64,000 nucleotides of DNA, taken from positions 1 through 64,000 of the forward strand of contig CAVSHT010000008.1 in the NCBI GenBank assembly GCA_963727895.1, read 5' to 3'. Under the pieces are notes generated by a model. The model saw only the letters and a list, made by a program, of their open reading frames with translations. It ran no database searches and had not been told where the DNA came from. This DNA comes from an uncultured Methanosarcinaceae archaeon (lineage in GTDB: Archaea > Halobacteriota > Methanosarcinia > Methanosarcinales > Methanosarcinaceae). The translations under genes and the position numbers were made by a program. This document shows, one piece after another, positions 54,880 to 64,000 of the stretch (positions within the stretch are counted from its first letter, which is position 1; each line of letters opens with the position of its first letter).

Positions 54880-56447
54880 AACTGGGGCTTGGAAAACTCA
54901 GGGATGTACTGAAAACAGGTTCTGGAACAGATTATGATAACGGGAAAAAAGAGCAGGTAGAAGAGAACGATAAAGCGGAAGAATTTCAGAAGATAAAAAA
55001 TGAAGAAATCAAGCCTGAGTTACTGAAGGGAAATAAAATGGAATTAAAAAAGATCGAACTGGAATCAAAAGAAGAAACTTTGTCCCCGGCAGATCGTACT
55101 GATGCCAAAAAGACAGGTCTTATTTTCTTCCCTGCCTTTGATTGGGCTATTTCGCCTACGCACCCAGAAAGAGAAGAACGTCTTCTCTATACCAGAGACC
55201 AGATTTTTGAAGAAGGACTGATGGACCTGCCAGAAATAGCTGAATATAAACCTCGCCTTGCAGAGTTAAAGGATATTGCCAGGGTTCATTTCTGTGTGCC
55301 TGATATAAAAGCCCAGGCTACAACTCCTCATCTGATCGCGGCAGGCAGTTGCCTGGTGCTTGGGGATGCCCTGATGAAGGCAGAGGTTAGAAACGCTTTT
55401 GCACTTATAAGGCCTCCTGGACACCATTCAATGACAGTAGCGCACGGGAACAGGGGGTTTTGCAATATCAATAATGAAGCCATCCTTGTGGAGTACCTGA
55501 GACAAAAATACGGAATCCACAGGATTGCAATTGTAGATACCGATGTGCATCATGGAGATGGAACTCAAGATATTTTCTATAATGATCCTGATGTGCTTTT
55601 TATCTCTTTCCATCAGGACGGAAGGACTCTTTACCCTGGCTCAGGTTTTATAGACGAACTGGGAGGCCCAAAAGCCCTTGGCAGAACTATTAATATCCCC
55701 CTGCCTCCGGGAACCCCTGATGAGGGTATACTTTACGTGCTTGATAACCTGGTGTTTCCGATTCTTGATGATTTTAAACCTGAGCTTGTCCTGAATTCAG
55801 CGGGACAGGATAACCATTATACCGATCCTCTTGCAAATATGCGTTTTTCCGCACAGGGGTATGCAAGATTGAATGAAAAACTTGCTCCAGATATGGCTGT
55901 GCTTGAAGGGGGTTACGCAATCCAGAGTGCACTTCCTTATGTAAATACAGGGATAATTCTTGCAATGGCAGGACTCGACTATTTCTGTGTAAGGGAACCT
56001 GATTTTAAACCCGGAATGTTTGTTCAGGCTTCAAGGGACAAAAAGAAACTGGAAGAAATAATTGCAGCTCAGCTTGAAAACTGGAAAAACAAAGATAAGC
56101 TTGTAGAGGCTGAAGTGGCAAAACATGGAGATTTTTACAGGCGGAAAAAACAGATCTTTTATGATACTGATATGATTCAGGAGTTCCAGGAAGAGTCTAT
56201 CAGAATGTGTCCTAATTGTCAGGGCTACAAAACCATTGATTCCCATGCCCACCAGAGTGTAAATGATACCAGGATTTTCGGAGTTTCTGTTCCAATTTAC
56301 GCCTGTGAAAATTGCCAGGCTGAAGCAAGGGAAGAGTACAGGAAAAGGCTCAATCATCCTGAATACGAATACGTTTACCTTCAGGATAAAAAAGGAGATG
56401 AGTACAGGGCATATAATATGAGGAAAAAGCAGGAAACAGTTTATTGA
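54876..56447 (+). CDS. Histone-deacetylase-family amidohydrolase with C-terminal CxxC..CxxC
   Basis: HPER, RPPGHH, GFC, DTDVHHGDGTQ, SAGQD, LEGGY; ATGA overlap with the upstream gene. Confidence 0.93.
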   Translation: MKLGLGKLRDVLKTGSGTDYDNGKKEQVEENDKAEEFQKIKNEEIKPELLKGNKMELKKIELESKEETLSPADRTDAKKTGLIFFPAFDWAISPTHPEREERLLYTRDQIFEEGLMDLPEIAEYKPRLAELKDIARVHFCVPDIKAQATTPHLIAAGSCLVLGDALMKAEVRNAFALIRPPGHHSMTVAHGNRGFCNINNEAILVEYLRQKYGIHRIAIVDTDVHHGDGTQDIFYNDPDVLFISFHQDGRTLYPGSGFIDELGGPKALGRTINIPLPPGTPDEGILYVLDNLVFPILDDFKPELVLNSAGQDNHYTDPLANMRFSAQGYARLNEKLAPDMAVLEGGYAIQSALPYVNTGIILAMAGLDYFCVREPDFKPGMFVQASRDKKKLEEIIAAQLENWKNKDKLVEAEVAKHGDFYRRKKQIFYDTDMIQEFQEESIRMCPNCQGYKTIDSHAHQSVNDTRIFGVSVPIYACENCQAEAREEYRKRLNHPEYEYVYLQDKKGDEYRAYNMRKKQETVY

Positions 56448-56491
56448 GATCAAAAAATCTCTTTAAACAGAAAATGAGTTGTTAAAAATAT

Positions 56492-57231
56492 GGCATTGGT
56501 ACACAAAAATAGATATATATGCTTATAACATATATTTCTTCATGAACTGCCCAAAATGTAATAGTTCCAGTCACAAAAATAATGGTATAGTTGGCGGGCG
56601 TCAACGCTACAAATGCTCTGATTGTGGATATAACTATACAGTAGAGCTAAAATCAACTGCTTTTTCCGCCTCTGTTAAAAAACAGGCTTTACAACTTTAC
56701 CTTGAAGGATTGGGCTTTCGTTCAATAGGAAGAGTTTTAGGGGTGAGTCATGTTTCTGTCCAAAAATGGATCAAGAAATTTGGTCAAGAGTGAGAGAACC
56801 TAAAAAGTGAAAGTGAGATATCTATTGTTGAAATGGATGAGATGCACACTTACATCGGTAACAAAAAAAAATATTGCTGGATCTGGATTGCTGTTGATAG
56901 AGTTGGGAAAAAGTTCATCAACTGCTCTTTTGGTAGCAGAGGAACAGAAACTGGAAAACTACTCTGGGAAAAATTGAAGAAAAAAGAGATTGGAGAAGTG
57001 ATGACAGATCACTGGAGAGCATATGCAGAGTTTATTCCTGAAACGATTCATACTCAATCAAAAGCAGAAACATTTACAGTTGAGGGATATAACAGCATAT
57101 TGAGGCACTTTTTGGCAAGGTTAAGAAGAAAGACAAAGTGTTATAAAAAAGTCTTGAAATGCTAAAGTACTCGGTTATTCTATTGATGAAATACAGAAAT
57201 AAAGAACTAGATATATTTAAGTAACAATGCC
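56492..57231 (+). mobile_element. IS1-family element, A9/TGA variant
   Basis: IS1 ends; 8-bp TSD AAAAATAT; TGA at 56791; A9 run. Confidence 0.95.
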
Positions 57232-57866
57232 AAAAATATATAGGTATTTTTTCTTTTTTCCTGTTTATTCCTTTATTTTTCTGGTTTTTTAGCTCTGTTC
57301 TTATTTTATTCTCTTTTTTTCAATAATTACCGGATAGAGAATTAATTGTTTTAAATTTTAAGAGTCAAAATTAGAACACTTTTTGTGTAAGTACCCTTTT
57401 TGAATGAATTGCAAAAATTGTTTACATTTTTTGTTATTTGATACAGATCCGACTGTTTATCCAGGGCACTTTCTATATATATTAATTTTACTCTTGTATA
57501 TCTGAATAATTGGGCTATTCATAAATTTGTAAAAAATATAAAAACCTGGATTAGCTGGCTGGAATTTACTGAAACGCATCTCTTTATTTTTGAAGTCAGT
57601 ATTTAAATGAGTATGTGTAAAAAATAAAACGTAGTCAGCGTTAACTTATTTTTATTGTAGTTTATAAAATATTGTAAGTGGTAAAATGAGAACGTCTAAA
57701 ATAATTATAATAAGTTAATACGTTATTTTAAGGGTATTTCTTTTTAATTTCTTTATAAATAGGTTAATAAAAACCGATATGTTTATATTGTATTTGTAAT
57801 TAGTTTCTAATTAATTTGAGAATGTTATACATTTAACTTCTTTTAATATGTAGGGAGGAATTTGAA

Positions 57867-60800
57867 ATAAACAGAATAAAACTTTTATTACTAACTTTTT
57901 TAATACTTATTTTAAGCTCCGGTATTGGGGCAGCTACTGAGATTCGTGTTAGTTCTGGGGGGTCTATACAGACCGCAGTGAATAGCGCAAATCCAGGTGA
58001 TACAATCATTGTGGGTCCAGGAACTTATACTGAAAACATTGTGATAACTAAAACTAGCAATCTGGTACTTATGTCATCATCGTCAAATCTTGATGACACG
58101 ATAATTGCTTCCAACGACACAACAAAAGATGTGATTTCTGCTAGTTCCAGAACCAATCTGGTAATTAAAGGATTTACAATTAGTGGAGCTGCAGCAGACC
58201 ACTCAGGAATCCATCTAAATAGCTGCAGGGACTGTACTATTGAGAATAATAAATTTTTAAATGATGATATGGGAACATATGTAGAATCTTGTATTAATAC
58301 TATAGTACGCAACAATAAGGCTACTAGAACTGATGAATCTAAAACAGGTAGGGGAATTAACATTGAAAGATCTGCATCTACCACTGTTTCGGGTAATACA
58401 GTTTCAAGTCACAAGTTTGGAATTTATTTTGCTGGATCCCAGCCTAATACTATCTCAGGAAACAATATAACTCAGAATAACAACACAGGCATAACCTTAG
58501 AGGATTCTACGAATAGTATAATAGAAAGCAATACCGTCAGCTTGAGTGGGGATAAAGGAATCTATCTGAAAAACTCAGGCAAGAGCAGCCTGAAAAATAA
58601 TATCCTTTCTTCCAATGGAGGAAATGGGATTAATCTCGAGTTAACTAATGAAACCAAAGTTCTGGATAACATAATTTTAGGTAATGCTAAAGATACCAAT
58701 ATCCATGGTTTATTCGTGAATACATGTAGAGATAATTACCTGCAAAATAACACGGTCTCAAACTGTCAATACGGCGTAGCTATGAGATACTCCGAAAATA
58801 ACAGTTTTGTAAACAATAATGCACATGACAATGATAGAGGTTTCTACGTATCCTATACATCAAGCAGAAATACTCTTTCGGGCAATAAAGCAAATTCTAA
58901 CAATAATGGTTTTATTATAGAGCGTGGAGCAAATAATAATATTTTGGAAAAGAATGAGGTAATTTCAAATTCAGCTAGTGGAGTCTCGCTGGATAATGCT
59001 ATCAGCAATACGATATCCAATAACAACGCATCTTTAAATGCCAGAGGTATTTATTTACTCTCATCATCCAGTAAAAATACGATTATAAGCAATACTGTAA
59101 ATTCTAACAAAAACGATGGAGTTGTTCTTGAGAATACAAGTGAAAATAACGTTACTGGCAATATTGTAAATTCAAATACCAGATACGGTATTTTTGTAAC
59201 AAGTTCCAACGATAGCTCTGTAGTAAATAACATAGCACAGAACAATGTAAGGGGTATCAGCCTGCAGGGGTCATTAAAGGATATAATCTCTAAAAATACA
59301 CTTACTGACTGTTCTGGTTCTGGATTATTCCTTACGACTTCCAGTGAGAATAACCTTTCTCAAAATGTAGTTTATAGCAATGGAGAAGGTATCTCTCTTG
59401 ACTCTTCCCCAAATAACGTAATCTCAAGCAATAATGTTAGTTCAAATGGTAATGGAATTTACATGTGCCCAAGAAGTATTGGAAATACAGTTTATGATAA
59501 CTATTTTAATAATACCAAAAATGCAAACATTAAAAATAACAAAAGCAACTGGAACATCGACAAAAAATCAGGCAAAAACATTATGAGGGGACCAAATCTT
59601 GGAGGTAATTTCTGGGGAAGTCCGTCGTTTATGGGTTTCTCTGATACTAATCTTGATAACGACAGTGATGGAATTATTGATATTCCCTTCGTTTCAGAAA
59701 ACGGTATCATCCCCTACGCTAACGGTAATATCACAGATAACTATCCGTTGATACGTGTAGTAATACCAATTCCAAGCTTTGATGTAAGCACTAAAAAAGG
59801 TTTTGTCCCTCTGACGGTTCGGTTTACGGATCACTCACAAAATGCGGATTCGATAAGCTGGGATGTTAATGGTGACGGAAAACCAGACAATACAAACAGC
59901 AGTTTTACTTATGTATACACTGTTCCTGGAACCTATAACGCTATTCTTTCAGCAACCAACAAAAATAGTACAGAAACAACAACTGTACAAATAATTGCAG
60001 AGGTATTTAAAGTTCAGCCGATTGCAGACTTTAATGCCAACCCAACGAGCGGTAATGTTCCTCTTTCTGTCCAGTTCACTGACCTTTCACAAAACACCAC
60101 ATCAAGGAACTGGAACTTTGGGGATGGGGCCACTTCAACCGATCAAAGTCTATCGCATACTTACAATATAGCAGGAACTTATACTGCTACCTTAACTGCA
60201 ACAAATGAAAATGGGACTTCTTCAAAGAGTACCTCAATAACTGTTACAGAACAAAGTAGTTCAGATGATTCAGGTAGTTCAAGCAGTTCAGATGATTCAA
60301 GCAGTGGAAGCAGCCACAGCAGCAGTAGTAGTGGCGGCGGCGGTGGTGCCGGCAGTTCCCCAGAAGCTCAAAGCAATGTTGAGGTAAAAGAAATTTCACA
60401 AGGTTATGTTACAAATGGCAAGCCTGTAGAGTTTGATTTCTCCAAGAATGCAACTTGTGTTGTGTATGCAAGCTTTGATGCAAAGAAGACAGCAGGTAAG
60501 ACAACAGCAATTGCAGAACAGTTAAAAGGCAAATCAATTCTGGTTTCAGTACTGAATTCGACTGAGATCTATAAGTACTTCAACATATGGGTTGGAACCG
60601 GCGGATTTGCAACCTCAAAGAATATTGAAAATCCAGTAGTGTGCTTCAAGGTTGAAAAATCCTGGATACAGGACAAGAAAATAGATCAAAATTCAATTGT
60701 CCTCTCTAGATACAGCGACAAAAAATGGTCACAGCTTCCTACAAAACTATTGAAGGAAGATGATAAATACCTGTATTTCACGGCACAAACCCCTGAATTC

Positions 60801-61031
60801 TCGTTCTTTGCAATAACAGGAAAAGCTGTAGAAAAACAAAAAGTGGCTGAAGCAAAGTCTTCAACAAACACTTCAGGGATTAAGCAGAATAACACAACAG
60901 TAGTAAAAACTGAACAAACACAGAAGACTGAGCAGAAATCTGAGAATGGAAGTCTCACAAGCATTCCAGGATTTGAAGCGATTTCTCTTATAGCTTGTCT
61001 TCTTACAGCATTTGTGTATAAGAGGAAATAA
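57867..61031 (+). CDS. Cell-surface protein: NosD beta-helix, 2 PKD, PGF-pre-PGF, PGF-CTERM
   Basis: N-rich beta-helix repeats, GGNFWG, PLTVxFTDxS..W.FGDG, GSSPEAQSNVEVKE, IPGFE plus TM; the signal peptide lies upstream of the ORF-track GTG 57978. Confidence 0.92.
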   Translation: MNRIKLLLLTFLILILSSGIGAATEIRVSSGGSIQTAVNSANPGDTIIVGPGTYTENIVITKTSNLVLMSSSSNLDDTIIASNDTTKDVISASSRTNLVIKGFTISGAAADHSGIHLNSCRDCTIENNKFLNDDMGTYVESCINTIVRNNKATRTDESKTGRGINIERSASTTVSGNTVSSHKFGIYFAGSQPNTISGNNITQNNNTGITLEDSTNSIIESNTVSLSGDKGIYLKNSGKSSLKNNILSSNGGNGINLELTNETKVLDNIILGNAKDTNIHGLFVNTCRDNYLQNNTVSNCQYGVAMRYSENNSFVNNNAHDNDRGFYVSYTSSRNTLSGNKANSNNNGFIIERGANNNILEKNEVISNSASGVSLDNAISNTISNNNASLNARGIYLLSSSSKNTIISNTVNSNKNDGVVLENTSENNVTGNIVNSNTRYGIFVTSSNDSSVVNNIAQNNVRGISLQGSLKDIISKNTLTDCSGSGLFLTTSSENNLSQNVVYSNGEGISLDSSPNNVISSNNVSSNGNGIYMCPRSIGNTVYDNYFNNTKNANIKNNKSNWNIDKKSGKNIMRGPNLGGNFWGSPSFMGFSDTNLDNDSDGIIDIPFVSENGIIPYANGNITDNYPLIRVVIPIPSFDVSTKKGFVPLTVRFTDHSQNADSISWDVNGDGKPDNTNSSFTYVYTVPGTYNAILSATNKNSTETTTVQIIAEVFKVQPIADFNANPTSGNVPLSVQFTDLSQNTTSRNWNFGDGATSTDQSLSHTYNIAGTYTATLTATNENGTSSKSTSITVTEQSSSDDSGSSSSSDDSSSGSSHSSSSSGGGGGAGSSPEAQSNVEVKEISQGYVTNGKPVEFDFSKNATCVVYASFDAKKTAGKTTAIAEQLKGKSILVSVLNSTEIYKYFNIWVGTGGFATSKNIENPVVCFKVEKSWIQDKKIDQNSIVLSRYSDKKWSQLPTKLLKEDDKYLYFTAQTPEFSFFAITGKAVEKQKVAEAKSSTNTSGIKQNNTTVVKTEQTQKTEQKSENGSLTSIPGFEAISLIACLLTAFVYKRK

Positions 61032-61355
61032 AAGTACATTTGAAAAGAAAAGATAAAAATAAAGATGAATATGAAATAACAAAATATTGAAGGAGCTTAA
61101 GCAGATCCCAAAAGATAAAATCGCAAGCGAAAGCTTTTGGGTGAAAACTTGATCCTTCACCCTATTTTTTATATTTTTACTTATTTGTGTAGTTTCCTTG
61201 TAATTTTCCAAGTAATTTTTAGAATTATTTAATTTATTTATAATTTACTTTTTACTTCATATAGGTACAACTCAATCAATATATTTATATTGTTTAGCGC
61301 TTATTTCATAATTTATTAAAGATGTTTCAGTAGAATTCTACTTTTGGATTGGGGA

Positions 61356-63662
61356 ATGAAAATGAAAAAATCAATTATTTTGTTAATAGTCGTTCTCATT
61401 TTTGCATTATTTTCGGGGATTGGGGCGGCTAAGGACATTACCGTTAATTCGACTGATTCTATACAAGCGGCTGTGAACAGTGCGGTTTCAGGCGACGTAG
61501 TTATTGTGAAACCCGGAGTATATAATGAGAATATCAAAGTTTCTACTCCGAATCTTGTAATAAGATCGGAATCAGGGAAGCCTGAAGACACAGTAATTAA
61601 AGCTATCTCAAATACAAGTGGGTTTAACGTTGCAGCAAGTAATACGACAATTAGTGGATTCAGGATTGAATCTGGAGAAAGAGGAATCTCTCTGGTTGGA
61701 TACAGTAGTTGCACAATTACTGATAATGATCTTTCGGACAATATATATGGGATATTTCTGATTAGCTCAAATAACAACAATATCTCGGGGAACCAAGCAA
61801 ACTCGAACAAAATGTTTGGAATTCACCTTGACAGTTCTGAAGGAAATATTCTATTGAATAATACTGTAAATTCAAATACAAGAGGCATTGATTCTATAGT
61901 TTCAAACAATAACAAAATTTTAAACAATATTGTTTTGAATAATAGTCAGTATGGAATGTGGATTTCTCAATCTAACGATAACAACATTTCCGGAAACACA
62001 GTTAAAGAGTGTGGTAATGGCGAAGCCGGAAGTGGCGGTATCCATCAAAATTCATCCAGCAGGAACATAATCTCCGGAAACGTTATCGCTTTTAATAAAG
62101 GTTACAGCATTTTTGAGTGCCCAGCTTGCCACAATAACCGTGTGTATAATAATTACATAAATAATGAGCGTAATGCAAATATCAAAACAAAAGATACTAC
62201 CTGGAATATAGAAAAAACCGCAGGCATAAACATTGTCGGTGGATCATATATAGGAGGTAATTTCTGGGGAACACCCGAAGGCACTGGATATTCCCAAACC
62301 GCAGCTGATAAAGATGAAAATAAGGATGGTATTATTGATTTTGCATATATTGACAGCTCAAATAATATTATCGATAACCTGCCTCTTGCACCTGTTTCCA
62401 CTCCACAACCGCCAATTCTACCTGTTGCAAACTTTAGTGCCAATATGATTAGTGGTTATGCACCACTCGCTGTACAGTTTACGGATTACTCGCAAAATGT
62501 AGTTTCCAGAAGCTGGGATATTGACAATGACGGAATCGTAGACAGCACCAATGAAAGTTTTGTCTATGTATACCAGAACCCAGGAAACTATACCGCTAAC
62601 CTTACAGTGACCAATGAAAATGGTACGAACTCAACAACGATACAAATAATGGTAGAGGAATTTAAAGTTCAGCCGATTGCAAACTTTAGTGCCAATCCAA
62701 CGAGCGGTAATGCTCCTCTTTCTGTCCAGTTCACTGACCTTTCACAAAATGCCACATCAAGGAACTGGAACTTTGGAGATGGATCCACTTCAACTGATCC
62801 GAATCCATCGCATACTTACAATACAGCAGGAACTTATACTGCTACCTTAACTGTAACAAGTGAAAATAGTACTTCTTTAAAAGGTATTTCAATAACTGTT
62901 ACAGAACAAAGCAGTTCAGATGATTCAAGCGATTCAAGCAGTGGAAGCAGTCACCACAGCAGTAGTAGTGGTGGCAGTGCCGGCAGTTCCCCAGAAGCTC
63001 AAAGCAATGTCGAGGTAAAAGAAATTTCACAATCCTATGTTACAAATGGAAAACCTGTAGAGTTTGATTTTTCCAAGAATGCAACCTGTGTTGTGTATGC
63101 AAGCTTTGATGCAAAGAAAACCGCAGGTAAGACAACAGCCATTGCAGAACAGCTAAAAGGGAAATCAATTCTGGTTTCGTTCCTGAATTCTACTGAAATC
63201 TACAAGTACTTCAACGTCTGGGTTGGAACCGGCGGATTTGCAACCTCAAAGAATATTGAAAATCCAGTTGTGTGCTTTAAGGTTGAAAAATTCTGGATAC
63301 AGGATAAGAAAATAGATCAAAATTCAATTACACTCTATAGATACAGCGACAAAAAATGGTCACAGCTTCCTACAAAACTATTGAAGGAAGATAATAAATA
63401 CCTGTATTTCACGGCACAAACCCCTGAATTCTCGTTCTTTGCAATAACAGGAAAAGCTGTAGAAAAACAAAAAGTGACTGAAGCAAAGTCTTCAACAAAC
63501 AATTCAGGGATTAAGCAGAATAACACAACAGTAGTAAAAACTGAACAAATACAGAAGACTGAGCAGAAATCTGAGAATGGAAGTCTCACAAGCATTCCAG
63601 GATTTGAAGCGATTTCTCTTATAGCCTGTATTCTTACAGCATTTCTATGTAAGAGGAAATAA
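61356..63662 (+). CDS. Cell-surface protein: NosD beta-helix, 2 PKD, PGF-pre-PGF, PGF-CTERM (paralog)
   Basis: Signal peptide ending SGIGAA; same domain order with a shorter beta-helix. Confidence 0.93.
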   Translation: MKMKKSIILLIVVLIFALFSGIGAAKDITVNSTDSIQAAVNSAVSGDVVIVKPGVYNENIKVSTPNLVIRSESGKPEDTVIKAISNTSGFNVAASNTTISGFRIESGERGISLVGYSSCTITDNDLSDNIYGIFLISSNNNNISGNQANSNKMFGIHLDSSEGNILLNNTVNSNTRGIDSIVSNNNKILNNIVLNNSQYGMWISQSNDNNISGNTVKECGNGEAGSGGIHQNSSSRNIISGNVIAFNKGYSIFECPACHNNRVYNNYINNERNANIKTKDTTWNIEKTAGINIVGGSYIGGNFWGTPEGTGYSQTAADKDENKDGIIDFAYIDSSNNIIDNLPLAPVSTPQPPILPVANFSANMISGYAPLAVQFTDYSQNVVSRSWDIDNDGIVDSTNESFVYVYQNPGNYTANLTVTNENGTNSTTIQIMVEEFKVQPIANFSANPTSGNAPLSVQFTDLSQNATSRNWNFGDGSTSTDPNPSHTYNTAGTYTATLTVTSENSTSLKGISITVTEQSSSDDSSDSSSGSSHHSSSSGGSAGSSPEAQSNVEVKEISQSYVTNGKPVEFDFSKNATCVVYASFDAKKTAGKTTAIAEQLKGKSILVSFLNSTEIYKYFNVWVGTGGFATSKNIENPVVCFKVEKFWIQDKKIDQNSITLYRYSDKKWSQLPTKLLKEDNKYLYFTAQTPEFSFFAITGKAVEKQKVTEAKSSTNNSGIKQNNTTVVKTEQIQKTEQKSENGSLTSIPGFEAISLIACILTAFLCKRK

Positions 63663-63746
63663 ATCCGTATAAAAGAAAATAAAAATTTGACAAAAAATAA
63701 AAAGAAGTAAAGTATTATTTGAATAAAAGATGAACATTTAATCTTT

Positions 63747-64000
63747 GGTATTGTTAACTAACTATAGTTAACTCTTTATTTCTTTATTTCATCAATAGAA
63801 TAACCGAGTACTTTAGCATTTCAAGACTCTTCGTATAACACTTTGTCTTTCTTCTCAATCTTGCCAAAAAGTGCCTCAATATGCTGTTATATCCTTCAAC
63901 AGTATACGTTTCTGCTTTGGATTGAGTATGGATCTTTTCTGGAAGAAACTCTGCATATGCTCTACAGTGATCTGTCATCACTTCTCCGATCTCTTTTTTC
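63747..64000 (-). mobile_element. IS1-family element, partial (runs off the window)
   Basis: Right end GGTATTGTTAACTAA and insB 3' part. Confidence 0.92.

Overview
Archaeal chromosomal window, almost certainly Methanosarcina (methanogenesis markers 11 and 14, thermosome, non-discriminating AspRS, NosD/PKD/PGF surface proteins, Methanosarcina-type IS1). A housekeeping backbone (aspS, rpiA, ths, mobB-moaE, mobA, acyP, GGR, PAPS-reductase-like) is intact. It is interspersed with five 857-bp IS6 copies, about seven IS1 copies or remnants, several MITEs and at least 10 disrupted genes. The most unusual segment is 13774-18416, which looks like the remnant of an element integrated into radC. It carries a four-gene operon (two tandem AbrB/MazE-like micro-proteins missed by the ORF track, a Cys-rich Zn-finger-like protein and an orphan 200-aa protein). 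The operon points into a ~900-bp non-coding region that forms a ~580-bp degenerate fold-back with side hairpins, and a truncated purine-nucleosidase effector gene lies further out. Also notable: several genes that appear to lack ATG/GTG/TTG starts, an IS1 variant with an in-frame InsAB fusion plus an internal TGA, a MITE-bracketed radical SAM gene and a candidate sRNA. No rRNA, tRNA or CRISPR array was recognised. All family calls come from motif recognition by eye, not database searches.
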